The notes below the pieces were generated by a model. It ran no database searches. It was not told where the DNA came from and saw only the letters and a program-made list of their open reading frames with translations. From the human T2T-CHM13v2.0 reference genome, Homo sapiens, in NCBI RefSeq assembly GCF_009914755.1, contig NC_060934.1: DNA of 64,000 nucleotides. The stretch is one strand, 5' to 3'. Each line of letters begins with the position of its first letter. Position 1 is the first letter of the stretch. Positions 32,790 to 49,156 of this stretch are shown here, in pieces. The translations under genes were made by a program, and so were the position numbers.

Positions 32790-34165
32790 TGTTTTTCACA
32801 TAATGAAATGTTTTGAAGACAGTTTGTGTCAACATTCATAGATCTAGCTCAGTCTTTTTCATGTCTGCATAGAATTATGTATTATGAATGTGGTAGAATT
32901 TATATATCCAGACATCAGTTGATGGACTTTTAGTCATTTTTAGTCTTTTGCCATTACAAACAATGCTGCACTGAATGTCGCTGTCTATGCACCATTTTTT
33001 CACATATTCATAAGTATATCAGCAGGTTAAATTTCTAGAATTAGAATTCTTCAGTCAAAGGATATATGTGCTTTACCCTTTGATAGATGTTACTCAATTG
33101 CCTCCCCATCAAAGAGGTTCTACAAATTTTTACTCCTACAAACATACAAGAAGTATCTGTTTTCCCACATCTTTGTCAACATATATAATTTCTTTACTGA
33201 ATTTACAGTAAAATTCACTTTTTAAGGTGTAAAGTTCTATGAATTTTGACAAACATATAAAGTCATTTAACCACCATCACAATCAAAATCTAGAATATTT
33301 CTATTATTTCCAAAAGCTCCTTTGTGGCCCTTTGTAGTCAATCCTCTGTGCCCATCCTGAGCCTTTGCCTACTGATCTAATTTCTGTTCTTAGTTTTGCC
33401 TTTTCCAAAATATCATATCAATGAAAGCACAAAGTAAATAGCCTGTTTGAGTCTGGTTTCTTTTACTTAGCATAATGCTTTTGAGATTCATACATATTGT
33501 TACATTTATCAGTAGTTTATTCCTTTTCCTTATTGCTGAGTAGAATTTCATTGTATGATTGTTCCCAATTTGTATACATTTGCCAGTTGCTAGCATTTGG
33601 ATTGTTTTGAGGTTTTGGCAATTATGAATAAAGCAGTTGGAAATATCTAGGTACATGTCTTTGTGTGGACATAGGTCTTTGCTTTTCTCAGGTAAATACC
33701 TCAGTGTGGGATTGCTCAATTTTATGGTGAGTTTTTATTTAACTTTATAAGAAACTGCCAAACACTTTCTCAAAGTGGCTTTGTTATTTCCCATCCCTAG
33801 CAGCAAGGCACAAGTGTTTCAGTTGCTCTGCATTCTTACCAACATTTCATATTGTCAATATTTAAAAAATTTTGGCCATTCTAATAAGTGTATAGTGAAT
33901 ATTATGTATTTATCAAACTTTAAAAATGTTGCTATTCTGAAAATTATTTTTTTCATTTACATTTCTTTAATTAAGGGTAGTTAGAATACATTTAATATGT
34001 TGATAACACATATTTCTTTTTCTTTGAATTGCCTATTCATCTTCTTTGCCATTTTTCTATTAGGTGAGCTGATCATTTTCTTAATGATTTTAAAATGACG
34101 CTTATATATTAGTGAATCCAACTATTTCATAATTGTTGCAAACTTTTGTCATTTTTTACTTTGAT
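32790..34165 (-). mobile_element. Old L1M (MC/MD/ME) fragments, nested
   Basis: TTTACTTAGCATAATGCTTTTGAGATTCAT...; ORF 33390-33719 resembles the L1 ORF2 end/3'UTR. Confidence 0.75.
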
Positions 34166-34166
34166 T

Positions 34167-34830
34167 TGTTAACTTACAGAAATACAATTTACAAATTTTG
34201 AAGAGAAGAGGAGACTTTATTTCTTATAAAAGGTTACAGCCTGCAGGATGGCCATTTTGACAGGTTGGGAAGTATAGCCTCCAGTCAGAAGCCAGAAACA
34301 TATCTGGAGGGAGGGGCAAAGGGAACAGGAATTTACACAGAGCTGGTGGCCAAATATACATATTCAATAAGCTATAGAAGGAGTCATGAATATTTATGAA
34401 GGGAGAACCATCTGCATGTGTAATTGAGCCTTCTGCTTCTCCATGTTCAAAAAATGGTGGTGACCTTAGGTGGAGTTTTTGGCCCTCTGACATCAAAACA
34501 TGAAGCAGAGGATGTGAAAACACTAGCTGCCTATTCTTCATAGACTGGCCAGAACCACCCCATAGTTAGTGGTCTCTTATCAGGCAGAAAAGATGGGGCA
34601 GCATCAGGGAGTCGGTTGATATCAGTGGTGGAGCCTTTTGAAAGGGCTGGTTTCTGTTAGGCCCTTGAGAAGGAAAGCCTACTCCTGGTTAGCAAGGGAG
34701 AGGGTCTGAGCCCCTCCCACCCTCCATTCCATCTTGGCCGAGAACGCAGTTTTCAAGGTTTCTCTGGGGTCCCCTTGGCCAAAAGATGGTCTGGTCAGTT
34801 GGGGGGCTTAGAATTTTATTTTGTATAGCT
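34167..34830 (-). mobile_element. ERV1 solo LTR (MER39/MER34-like)
   Basis: GGAGACTTTATTTCTTATAAAAGGTTACAGCCTGCAGG...GGGGTCCCCTTGGCC...GGGGGGCTTAGAATTTTATTTT. Confidence 0.65.
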
Positions 34831-36752
34831 TATAGCACATTTTTCTATAGTAATATTTGTATGTAACCTCTAAATTTTGTACCTCATTGGTGCAAAAATA
34901 AGGCGGTATAAATGAGAGAGTTTATAAAGGCAAGGTATACAAGACAAGACTATAAGGCTAGGCACCCTGGTTGAGTCAGTTCACCCTGCTTCCACTATTA
35001 TCCAGCACTAGAGATGCATGGCCAATACAGATTTTCTTGCTTATTCTCACCATCTGCAAATAACCAAGGCTTGTTGACAAATGCAGCTGCTTTGAGAAAG
35101 GGTAGAGTCCCCAGGGCACAATTTTTCAATTTCAGATGTGGAAGAAGACTCGTTTAGTGGAAGCAATGCGCTTATTGCTGAGGCCATCAATATACCAGAT
35201 TGTTACGCCTTTTGGCTGGGACACAGGGAATTCCTGTCTGCAGAGTCAGTGACATCACTTTGCCGGAAACAGCCTTCCTCCCTGCCAACCCTACACTTAA
35301 ACATGGGATTCCACACTGACCACAAAGGCCTATTATTCTCAATGCAATCTATGGGCAAAAGAATTTGAGGGAGGCTAGAAGGGGTGGGGGCAAGAGAGAA
35401 TGGATGGTTTGGTTGGAGGAAGTGAGAAGAATCAGGGAAGAGGACTCTTTTGCTTCCTCATTTCCCATACATAGAGCCTCTGTCACCATTTGATTTTTGC
35501 GATCATTAACATTTTTAGAGTCAGGTATAACCAAGTGCAAACCAGTTATGTTAGTTACATGCTGCTAATCTGAGAAGAGTGTGTTGCCCAAGAACTGTGG
35601 GTGGGGAGCCTCAGGTTGGCTGAATCTGATTTGCAGGAAGAGCTTGTTCTGCACCCCCACCCACATCTACACTATCTGGATGTCACCAAATAGGCTCTCC
35701 CCACCCAAAGCTGAGTCTCAAGGGGTCCACTCAGTATCAGCCAGGCTACGTTGTTAAGATAAATGCAATTGTTTTCTAACTAAGAAGCTGTGAACCGAGA
35801 ATAATTGGCTAATTAAAAGTTCAAAGAGTGGAAATAAAATAGCATTAAAAAGAGCCAGTAACTTCCTCTGACGTCTGTGGTTCAAGAGATCAGTGGAACA
35901 GGACATGGGTTATTTACTCAATTACCTTGTCTTTCTACCTTTCTTTTCATTCTCACCCCCACCCCTTCCCTTCCTTCTTATTTCCTGGCTCTATTTTCTT
36001 ACCTGTGTCTCCCAACCCAATGTCCATCTCATTTTTCCTCCTTCTTTTTTGCCTTTTGCCCTTTAACTAACTGGTTATCATTGAGATCTTTAGGATCAAA
36101 GTTTGTCTTTAGCAGTTGTGTTTCTATTGATGTTTGTGCTGACTTCTTTAAGTAAAATATAGGCAGGAAAAAACCCGCTAAATTAAACTGCTTTATCCTT
36201 GAATGTGACTCTGGATTGGTTAATTGGAGAAATATGGGGTTGGGGTAGAATAAGACCTTTCCATTTAGATAGAATTTTGGACTAGTGCTTTTGCATTGGG
36301 TCAGCTGAGAAAGAATAAAACTGAAAAATTTCTACGCATCTCTAATGCAGGACAATGATTTAAGGCATTGAAGTGGAACTGAGACACTTGGATCAAATCC
36401 CTGTTCTGCCACGTGCAAGGTGCATGACTTGGGCAAGTCCCTTAAGCTTCCTGAGAAACACAGTCTCAGCCTTTTGTCACTTAACTGTAAGCTTCTGACT
36501 GTCAGGGATGAGATTCATGATTTCAAAAGGTAGGACATTGGTATCCTCAGTGAGAACAGTCCAGACAACCCTTCCAGCCAAATCCTCAATGTTGGTCACT
36601 TTTTATTTCTGGATAATGAGATTGGCTACCACATAACAGTACTGGTAGCACAGCCCAGACACTGTATGAGCCTCAGTCATGTATTGTAGGGTAGGGTGCT
36701 GGTTAAAAGCCTGGACCTTGAAGCCAGAATGCCCGTGTTTAATTCCTGGCCC

Positions 36753-37414
36753 TGTTACCGGTGGCAGCTATCTGAGTTACTGGCAGTGTATCCATACGGG
36801 TCTGCAGTAACCTCAATTCTTGCCTCATCAGAAGAAAGAATGTGAGGGATATAAAGTAGAAAAAGAGACTGAGTCAAGTTTCAGAGCAGGACTGGAAGTT
36901 TATTGAAAAGGCTTTAGAACAGGAAAGAAAGGAGAGAACCCTTGGAAGAGATCCAAGTGGGCAACTTGGAGAACAAACAACGTGTTTAGCTGTGATCCTA
37001 GGACTTTATAGGCGGCCATCTTGAGCCCTTTTCCCGTGATTCTTCCCTTAGGGTGGGCTGCCTGCACGCACAGTGCCCTCCTTACCTCCTTGAGCACACA
37101 GTGTGTTTAGGAAGTTGTGTGCATGCTCATCTGAGGCTTTCTTTCCTTTTCCGGTGGAGTGCTCCCGGCAAGTCATCTTCCACCTTTTGTCTCTTAATGT
37201 GCATGCCCAGGAAGTTGCTTCTCCCTGGTGCTTGAATTCAATTAACACTTTAATGTTACAGCTGTGGATCAGCAGATTTTCTCTCCCTGGCTCCAGCTGC
37301 CAAATTATCATTTTTAGAGAGGCAATGTGATAACTGTCAAACCATCACCTGATATTTCTAGTTGGTGGGGGAGAAGAGCCCTTTCCTGCCATGTCTGTCT
37401 AACTACATGTAACA
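36753..37414 (-). mobile_element. ERV1 solo LTR (LTR9/MER50-like) inserted in a MIR
   Basis: TGTTACCGGTGGC...GGGTCTGCAGTAACCTCAATTCTTGCCTC...TAACTACATGTAACA; near-TSD GCCC/GCGC; MIR sequence on both sides. Confidence 0.75.
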
Positions 37415-37516
37415 GCGCAACATTTACATCAGTGTAACTTTGGGAAGTTACTTAATCTCTCTGTGACTCAGTTTCCTCATCTGTAAACTAACAATAATGA
37501 TAATTATAATAGTGAC

Positions 37517-37918
37517 TGTGAGTGTGACTTTATTTGGAAATATAGTAGGGTGTTCAGAGATGTAATTAAGCTAAGGATCTTGAGATGAAATCATCTTGAA
37601 TTTAGGGTGGGCCCTAAATCTGATGACTGGTGTCCTTATGAGAGAAAGGAGAAGGAAACGTGACACAAAGAGCAACAGGGGGAAAGGCCATGTGAAGACA
37701 GAGGTGGAGATTGGAGTGATGCAGCCACAAGCCAAGGAATGCTAAGAAGCTGAAAAAGACAAGAAAGACATCTCCTCCAGAACCTTCAAAGGGAGCATGC
37801 CCCTGCTGATACCTTAACTTTTGGACTTCTGGCCTCCAGATTTATGAAAGAATACATTTCTGTTTGAAGCCAGCAAGTTCATGGTAACTTGTTGTGGCAG
37901 CCCTAAAAAACTAATACA
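37517..37918 (+). mobile_element. MLT1C-like MaLR LTR
   Basis: TTAGGGTGGGCCCTAAATC...GGCCATGTGAAGACAGAGG...GGACTTCTGGCCTCCAGA...CTAATACA. Confidence 0.8.
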
Positions 37919-38579
37919 GATTTTATAGAGAAGATGATAGTATTACGTGCACCTTATAGGATTGTAGTGAAGGCTAAATTGATGGCTGCATTTAAAGTGC
38001 TAAGAGTAGAATCTGGAATATAGTAAGAACTCTTTAGTATAGGCTATTACGTGTTGTTAGCTCATTGAACCTTACATAGCAACCCTATGAAGCAGATACT
38101 ATTGTGACTCCCATTCTGCCCATGAGGAAATGGAGGCTTACAGAGACTAAGCAAAGGTAAGCTTATCTGAACTCTGCTCTAGCTTGAACCATCCCCCAGA
38201 AGTCTGTGGAGTTTGACTAACTGCTGATGGATCCTGATGATTGTTGGCTCGGTGACCCTTCCTGATGATGGTCTCTCAGAAAAGACTCTCCAGTGCTGAG
38301 CCATCAAGAAGTCTAGAAGGCATTGAGAAGGCTGTCACATGTGATTATGTTTACTCCTCCTGGATGCGTCTGCCCAGACCTGGTTTTGGCACAAGCTCTG
38401 CTCTGATGGAGCCAGGCTCTGTCCACACTTGGCTGTGTGGCCTGACCTCATTTGAGTAGCCTCAGCACATCATTACCACAAGAGGCAGGGATGTGCCACC
38501 CTAAAAGGCCACACCCTCTCTCTCCAGTGACTTCAACAGCCCCCAATGGTTCCTTGTTCACCCCTAAGTTGCTAAGCAT

Positions 38580-39065
38580 AGATTATATGAATGACTTTAG
38601 AAGTAAGTCACATCACTCAGAATAAGGCAAAGCCCTCACTAGTGCCCTCAAGGCCTTATGAGCAGGGGACCCCATTGATCCTCTGACCAGTTCCTACTAC
38701 TCTCCCCTCAGGGCCTTTCTGTGTACAGTTCCAGATGCTGTAAAGCTCTTGCCTCAGAGGTATGCAGGCTTTCTCCCTGTGATAGAAATCACCTTCTCAG
38801 GCCAGTCCTAATCACTGCATCCTTCCTTTTTACCTTCCTTGCTTTTTCTTCCTCCTCAGCACTTAAAATTATGTAATACACTGTAAATTTTGTTTATCTT
38901 GCTTATTGTATTTTTCTCCCAACTAGAATATAAGCACCATGAGGATAGGGACATTTCTCACTTTGGGTTATTGCTGTAGCTCAGAGCCTAGGGCAGGTCT
39001 AGTTCATAGTAATAATGTGTTCAATAAGTAATTATTGAGTGACCAACTGAAAAAATGAATGAGGC
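38580..39065 (+). mobile_element. L2 3' end
   Basis: CTAGAATATAAGCACCATGAGGATAGGG...TCAATAAGTAATTATTGAGTGA...AATGAATGA. Confidence 0.7.
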
Positions 39066-40262
39066 ATAGTCCCCTCTCCAACAACTATAGAACTCCCAAA
39101 CTGAAATGGTTCAAGCTATATCTAGAGGTAGCACATGAAGAGAGGACTACTGACATAACTGAGCTTTGTAGAGTATAGGGGGAGCATAGCTTCCAACTGA
39201 GCTTGATTTTGAAGGAGACAAAAAGACTTGGAGAATGAGGGGAATGGAATTACAAATGAAGGCGTCCCACACTGAGAAAAGTTCAGAGAATCCAAAATTC
39301 ATTCATTCATTCATTCATTCATACAACATGGGATATACCAATGAACAAGCCAGAAAAAAGTCCCTGCCCTAAGGAGCTTACATTCTAGTAGTCATAATGT
39401 CAGGAATTCTCATCTTGGACCCAAACAGATCTGTTGGTTGGAATGGTAAAATGGGAAGGGCTGAAATTTCTGAAGGGCTTGGAGGTCTAGGTAGACCAGT
39501 GTAGCTTTCATCTGGCACACAGCAGGACATAGGTTCTTGATAAGGTAGAGTCTTAGGAACGTCAACTGTGGAAGATTTCTATAGCCACATGAAGGAGGGA
39601 TTCTGATAGAGAAGATAATTAGGAAGTGTGGGAGTCACCAGAAAGGGCCATTGTAGAAGATCAGATATGAGGTAAGGGTGACTGGAATCAGGGGATGTGG
39701 ATATCACTATAGAAGAAGGTGGGTCTAAGGGGCTTGGGATGAAATAACTGAGAGAGGATCTTCAAGCCCCTGAGTGTGAGAACAACCTACATATGTGTCC
39801 TCAAGAAGAGTTCCCTGATGGAGAAGAAGGAAGGTAGCAGGGGTGGTGTGGAGACTTTGACTCTGTGAGTTGGAGGAACGACAACGCCAGATTAGGACCA
39901 GTCTTCTGAGCTTCAGTGATTGTTCCATCATTAGGCTATGTAAACACAGGAAGGACCACAACATTCCTTGAATGTTTGCTCACCAATGCTTGTCCACATT
40001 TGCTGTTTTGTTCTCTATATGACAAGAAAAGTTTAGTCCAGATGTGACTCATAACAAATTGGAAACAATTTGAATCTAGTCAGTCACATTGGATCTGCAA
40101 AGCAAAACTTTTTTTTGCCTGAAATCCACCACATCTGTCAACACCCCAAATCTGTTTATTAATGGAGTAAAATTTTAAGCTGTTATATTTTTGTTATCAC
40201 AGAGTAGCAATGCTGGGATTTCTCTATACAACAGAATTTTGACTATGGACAAAATTAAATAA

Positions 40263-40561
<299 letters not shown>

Positions 40562-43094
40562 GAGATTAAATAATTTTGATTTTCACCTTAGTATGATTAT
40601 AACTGGACATCATGATGGCTGTTTCTATAAGAATCAAAAGAACCTTTGCTTCCTTTGATTCTTATAAAAGTCTTGAAGGTATTTTTCCTCTGACACAGCT
40701 AATTGGCTTGAAATCAGCCTGTGTTTTTTCAAAGCTTGGGTTTCCTTCAGTTTTATCTCTCTGTCAGGTGAAGAGTTGAAGTTAATATTACCTTGCTCTC
40801 TCACTTTAAGCTGAAAATTCCCCTCCCTTGTCACATCACATGAAAAGAAAAAAATGCAAAGGAAGTGGCCGTCTTAAATTCTCCAGTACAGTAAGCCAAT
40901 TCAAAGGGAAAACAATGACAACACTTTGCCATTGGATATTTTGGTAAAATCATTTGTTGAAATTCTGTTTCGAAATACCATTTCACATTGTATGACAGAA
41001 ACCACATTTCTGTTATCCACAAGGCAAATTAAGGGCTTTTCAGGGGGAAGACAATCAATGTGAATTTTCCATAATAGAGCTTGACTGTGGCAGTCATGGG
41101 ATCTGAAAGCACTCTGGGGGTCTAAGAAGAAGGGGCAGTTACCTAAGTAATTCTCTTTTTATGAACACATCCAAGATATGTCAACCTGCACCCCACCTCT
41201 AGCACCTCTTCTTTGGCACCACTTCTGAGATGACTCTCCTGCTTCCTGGATGTGATCAGGGCTTTTGAAAACTGGCTGACATATAGTCCATGGAAGATAG
41301 CATTTTAATTACTGCTCTCTGGGTAATGTAGTCAGTTACATGAAAAACAAACTTAACCATTGTGGGTTCTTTTGGTAATAAAAACATTTGAAAAATCATG
41401 TATGAAAAATTCCTAAATTTTCTCTCTGACCTAAAAATCTTTTTCTTATTATATCTTTAATAAGAAATAAGAGTAGGATGAAAGGCTTGCATATATTCTG
41501 GTAACCTGGATATCATTGCAAAAGCTGGGAAAATGTGGAAAAGTGTACATCTAACTCCTCAATGACAAGAAGAAGTTAGTAAATTTTCTCGTTAGGAAAA
41601 GGAAGAAATAATTATAGTCACATCAAGTTGGTTCCCACCTCTGGGTTCTTGCAGTTTCTGTTCCTTCTTCCTCTTATGTTCTTACTCCCTCTCCAGGCTG
41701 GTGTTTTCTCCTCAAATGTCACCTTCAAGGTCTCGGCTCAAATGTCATCTTCTGAGAGAGGCTTTCTTGACCCTCAATCTGATACCTTTCCCTTCATTCC
41801 CAATTCTACCGCAAGTCACTCTATCAAGTTCCTTGGTTTGAATTTCTTCTTAGCACATATTGTGACCTGAAATCACCTATTTATGTGCTTCTTTTCTGGT
41901 TTATCTGTCTTGCTAACTAGATTGTAAATTCCAAAGAGCAGGGGCCTTATCAGTTTTTCTTTTTTTATTGTAGTAACTTGGATGCTAAGAATAGTGCCTG
42001 AAATGGCCATGGAAGGAAAATGAGATTGCAAGATTGTCATATTTACAAAAACAAAAGAAGTTAACAAGTAGACCTTGTTGAATAGCTTGAGGGAGTAAAA
42101 CATTCAAAATTTTATTATGGTAGAAACATTGCTACAGTTTGTTTGTTGTTATATTTATAATTGGTTGTTTTATTTATAATTGCTTATCTAAAGGACATGC
42201 TGCTTAGGGCTGTGTTTGTCAACATCACAACGTTGGGAACCAAAGTGGGGTGCCCTTAGAGGGTTCTTTTCCAGATTCCAGAACACTGGCATCAAAGAGG
42301 ACATCTCTCCCATACCAGTTTTATCCAGATGTTTTAGCTTCAAGTAGTTAAAATCCTGACTCTAATTGGGTCAAAGCATAAGTTTTATGGAAGGATGGGC
42401 TCAGCATTTGTTGATTTAGCAGCTTAAAATGCCATCAAGGACTCACGTTCTCTACATCTCTCTGCTCTGCCATCATTGAATGCCATCCCTTCCAGGCAGG
42501 ACAATGTTTGAGGATGAAGAGAGAATGTTTTCTTTTTTCCCTAGACTTGCCCCAGAAGACTTCCTCCACGGTCACATGGGCCATAATTAGGTGGCATACC
42601 CATTATTAAACCAGTCACTGGTGAGGGAATGAAATTACACAGACAAGTCCATCCCTGAGCTTGGGGGAAAGGCAAGCATCTGAACAAAATGGAGTTTCTT
42701 TTGGGAAGGGAGAAGCAGGGAAGTGCTGTGTATTTCACCTGCTCTTCCTTGTTTGGAAGCAATAGATAATGATGTTGCTAAAACTTTTTCTCCTAAATTT
42801 TGTATTGTTTGGTCTGATGGGTAAAGACTGCCTCAAGATTCTGGGGATTGAGGTGGATTGGAGACCCATACCTTAATCCAAGCTTAGACTTGGATTAAGT
42901 TCAAGCTTCTGCTCAAGAGCTTCAGAGAGAGCTCCCATTTCAGTGCCCAGCCAGCTTCTACGTTTGGGAATAGTTTGGGGAGTTGAGAGAGGAGGAGGTT
43001 GAGTTGTCAAAATGGAGGGAATGGTGCAACCATTTCATTTCCTGTTCACTTCCTCTATGCAATCTGTTTACATCTGACCAAAGTAGCTTTTGCC

Positions 43095-43731
<637 letters not shown>

Positions 43732-44334
43732 TAATGTCCCATGACAGAATGAGACTAAAGACAAAATAAATAAGATAATATGAATTATGATCCAAAATGT
43801 TCAAGACTCCTCAGCCTCTATGCCATTACCAATTGCTTACTATGTAAGGGTGGTTTAAATGCAAGGGGTATGTATGTCAAGCCAGGAAATGTCATGGAAT
43901 AGTGGGATTTGTTGTTTGATGATACATTCTTAATACTTTTTAACATCATAAACATTTTGTGGTAGATTTCAAAAATGAGGAGGGGTATTCTTGTTTTTTG
44001 TTATTTGTTACTTCTACCTTGATAGATCTGTGTGAACTGTTAAACAGCCAATTTGGGGCTCTTCTCACTCCTCATTCCATATCTGATCACTGACCTAGTT
44101 TTGTCCTTGCCACAGCCACTAACTCAGTCTTGGCCTTTGTCAAAGTACAAACAAATCCTTTTGTTCTTGAATTATTTCCCAATTACTCTGTAAGTACCTC
44201 ATTGATAAAAAAGATTGGCTTTTAATCTGTCTCTGATGTCTCCAGGTAGCCATTACAAGACCAGACAGAAAGGGGAGGAAAATCAGTGTTTTTGATTTCT
44301 TGTTGGTATTTTTTTCTTCTGCTTTTGGTTTTAG

Positions 44335-44462
44335 AGTCTAACGTGAAGACATTTTGCTCCAAGAATATCCTAGCCATCCTTGGCTTCTCCTCTATCATAG
44401 CTGTGATAGCTTTGCTTGCTGTGGGGTTGACCCAGAACAAAGCATTGCCAGAAAACGTTAAG
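44335..44462 (+). CDS. ENTPD1: ENTPD1/CD39 coding exon 2 (128 nt; N-terminal cytoplasmic segment and TM1)
   Basis: Polypyrimidine tract with TTAG| acceptor (AG at 44333-44334) and AAG|GTAAGT donor. Translates (E)[42 protein letters not shown], matching human CD39 residues ~6-48. Starts phase 1, ends phase 0. Confidence 0.98.
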
Positions 44463-46157
44463 GTAAGTCAAATATATCTGTGTGTTTGTGTGTATGTAAG
44501 AGGAGATCTGGGTGGGACAGGGGGAGGAGGGATAAGGTATGTAGAGCATAGGGGACGAGTTGAGGTTCTAACAGCCCAGGAACAAGTCAATTTCCACTGG
44601 ATTAGGGGAGTAAAATGGAAATAGGTGCTCATTCTAGAAGAGTAAATGCCTTGAATCATTAGTGGTGGGAAGTTAACTGCCTTTATGATTGTTTAGTAAA
44701 CTCATTAAATTGATACTCTAGCAGAGATGAATGCTTTATTCACCTTATCCAGATCTGTGTAATACTATGCCAAGATTCTATATTCTAGTATATTTCCACT
44801 TCTTCATCATGGGTGAATCACAATACTGCACTCTGTTCTTTTTACTTCATTATTATCACTATCACCAAAACAATAACGTTTATTATACAACTCTGTATAA
44901 AGTACTTTGGAAGTCAGAGATTGAGGAGAAGACATGTTTCTTATCTCCAGATATAGTAAAGAATCAAAATCAATAAAAGCAAATCAGAAAACATATACGT
45001 GTATCAGGTATAGTCATTTGAAATGAATTCATGGATAGGCAGATTTCTTGTGACATTTCTACATTTGAACAACTAGTTAATATCATTAAAGATCATTAGG
45101 ATCATTAACTTTAATGTATTTATGTTTTCTTTCCAGTTCATCAAAGTAAAATTTCAGACATGAATATCTCACAAGTACTTTGTAATATGGTCATTATATT
45201 TTTTAATCTGTTAATTAAAAAGCATGTGGTAAATAAAAATTTATACTATAAATACACCATTTTAAACTTTCACTGAAATTATAGTAAACAAATATATAAG
45301 GGCCCAGATGATACCAATATGCTAATATGCATGTATGTACACATGGGCAGTAATATATCTAGAAGTTAACTTGACCATGGAGGCGTGGGAATACATGTGT
45401 AGAAGTATATTCTCTTGTATTTGAAGATGTTGAACTGGGAGCCTGGAAGGATGGTTGTGTATGCCAGGCCTCTGAAACTTTTGCCATCCACCCAAATCAC
45501 TGTATAGCAGAGGCGTGGGTGTCACACTGGCATCTTTTTGTCAAGTTCAACCCAGTGGTGCTGTGTACAGCAGTCCCTTTGTCAAGACAGAAGGCTGATA
45601 CTATCTCATTGTTAAGGGTCGCTTGCCTTTTAATGTTGACTGATGTTGTTTCCTTGGCAAAACTTCACTCACAGTTGAAGCCTCATGACATCTTGGTTCC
45701 ATTATTTGTTTACCAGCTCCAAAAATACATGGTTGCCTTCTTAATTTGACCTTTTTACATGTTCAGTATTGCATCATTGGAGAGGGGGATGCCTAGGAGG
45801 CAAAATCCATGACAAACTTGAGTTATGTTCCCAAGAATATGTGTGGTCATGGACGACCTTCCCTCATTCACAGTGGTCTCCTTTAAGTCTCTTGTGCTTC
45901 TGCATTGTTATATGGGCCTGGCAAAATGGAACAAGGTCTTTGGCATTCTTTAAATAAAAGGTAGGAGTATTGAAGAGCAGTCATTGGCATCTGAAGTGAA
46001 TCTTTTTAATAACATCACTGATTTATTTTATACAAAGATAGTTTTATATATGCAAACTAGCCATTTGTTGAGGTTATATAATAATTTTAGTAAGATTCCT
46101 GGCATATATTGGGGGCAAAATATTTCAGGAACTTGTATTCTGGTGATGGCTTTAAAC

Positions 46158-46366
46158 CAGATGTGCTGTCCAATTTGATAGCCACTAGCCACATGCAGCT
46201 CTTTAAGCTTGTCAATTAAAATTAAATAAAATTAAAAATTCTGTCCCTCTGTTGCACTAGCCACATTTCAAGTGCTCAATAGCCATACATGGCTGGTGGC
46301 TACTGTATTGGACAACACAGATATAGAATATTGCCTTGCTGTAGAAAGTTCTATTGGACATTGCCA
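46158..46366. mobile_element. MER3 hAT DNA transposon
   Basis: GCTGTCCAAT...GCCACTAGCCACATG...TAGCCACATTTCAAGTGCTCAATAGCC...TCTATTGGACA. Confidence 0.85.
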
Positions 46367-46552
46367 CTTTAAAGCATACTCTTGAATGATAACTCTGAAG
46401 TCATTCAAAACTAAGTTTAATGAATAGGGTGTATGATAAAACATTTTATAAAATCTAGAATAAGAAACAAAAAAACTTTTTTTCTTGCATGGTTTGTAAA
46501 CTAGTACCAGGATCATCCCAAATATCATGGGCTACTAAACTGGTTTGAGTAG

Positions 46553-46974
<422 letters not shown>

Positions 46975-47388
46975 TGATACATGTGTTTTGAGAGCACACA
47001 ATGACATGACTTTATGACCATACTTCATTCAGCAGTTCTTCATTCATTTTTTATAAATTTATGCATCGACAATTATTTATTACACTCCAGTCTGGCTGAC
47101 AGAGTAAGACTCTGTCTCAAAAAAAGTAAAATAAAAAATATTCATTGTCTGTGTTAGGCACTGGGCTACACAATAGGGAAGGCAGTATATAGATATGACT
47201 GAGCTTACCATCTGGGGAAGCAAACATATTTAATAACACAAATTATTAATTGTAATTATGATAAATTGCCACCAAATGAAAGTTTTGGGGCCAGGCAAGT
47301 CTTCCCTGAAAAAATGATACTAAAATAATATCTGAAGAATGATTGGAAGTTAGCTGGGAAAGACATAGGTAAAGGGTAGTCCAGGCAG

Positions 47389-47690
47389 GGCCGAGCACGG
47401 TGGCTCATGCCTGTAATCCCAGCAGTTTGGGAGGCCGAGGTGGGCAGATTGCCTGAGCTCAGGAGCTTGAGACCACCCTGGGCAACATGGTGAAACCCAA
47501 TCTCTACTAAAATACAAAAAATTAGCTTGGTATGGTGGCGCGTACTTGTAATCCTAGCTACTCAGGAAGCTGAGGTGCGAGAATCACTTGGGCCCCAGAG
47601 GCGGAGGTTGCAGTGAGCCAAGATCTGCCACTGCACTCTAGCTTGGGCTACAGAGTGAGACGCCAACTCAAAAAAAAAAAAAAAAAAAAA
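47389..47690 (+). mobile_element. AluS
   Basis: Full Alu; TSD TCCAGGCAG (47380-47388 / 47692-47700); inside an antisense L2. Confidence 0.93.
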
Positions 47691-48268
47691 TTCCAGGCAG
47701 AAGGAAAGCAGGTGCAAGAGTCCTGAAACAAGAAGGAGTTGGATATCTCCTAGGAACTAGTTGGAGAGCAGGAGTGGGCCACGTGTTATATAAAGATGGG
47801 GAGGTACGTGGTGCAGGCCCTGCAAGACAGGTTGAGGATTTCAGTTTTAATCCTAAGAGTAGTGGGAAGCTAGTGGTATGATCAGATTTGTTTTTGCAAA
47901 GATCACTCTGATTTCAATGAATTAGAGGAGGATGAGATATAGGAGGATACCAGGAAGAGGCTACAAGAAAAATGTGGAAGGAGGGGGAGCCTTTGGGTTC
48001 AATTTTTGAAGAATTGTTTTGAGTGTTGGAAAGCCAATGGGAAATGTCAAGAAAGCAGTTGGATAATCAGATTTGGACCTTTCTTTTCTAAGCAGATATC
48101 TACTGCTGTGCTCAATAAAAATATAAAACAAGCCAAATTTTAAATTTTCAAAGAGCTACATTTTAGAAAGTAGAAGAAAAGAGGTGAAATTAATTTTAAT
48201 AATATAATTTATGTGGCCCAATGCATCCAAAATATTACCTCAACATTTCATCAAAATAAATAATTGTT

Positions 48269-48881
<613 letters not shown>

Positions 48882-49156
48882 AAAAAAAAATTGTTAATGA
48901 GATATGTTACATTCTTTTTTCATACTATCTTCAAATTTTAACTTATGGCATATCTCAATTCCAACTAGTCACATTTCAAGTGCTCAATTGCCAGCTATTT
49001 GTTACCCTGGTTAAATAGCACAGGCCTAGATTAAAGCTATGTCTCTGATGGCATTGATTGACTGAAGCCTTAGAAATGGATGAGGTCATCTAGGATGGGG
49101 TTATAAAATGAGAAGAGAGTCAAGGTCCAAGTCCTGAGAAGCTCTATCATTTAAAG

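Noticed and set aside
44221-44250. Possible cryptic acceptor TCTCCAG ~90 nt upstream of exon 2
   Set aside because: Motif only; such sites are common and the true acceptor has a much stronger pyrimidine tract.
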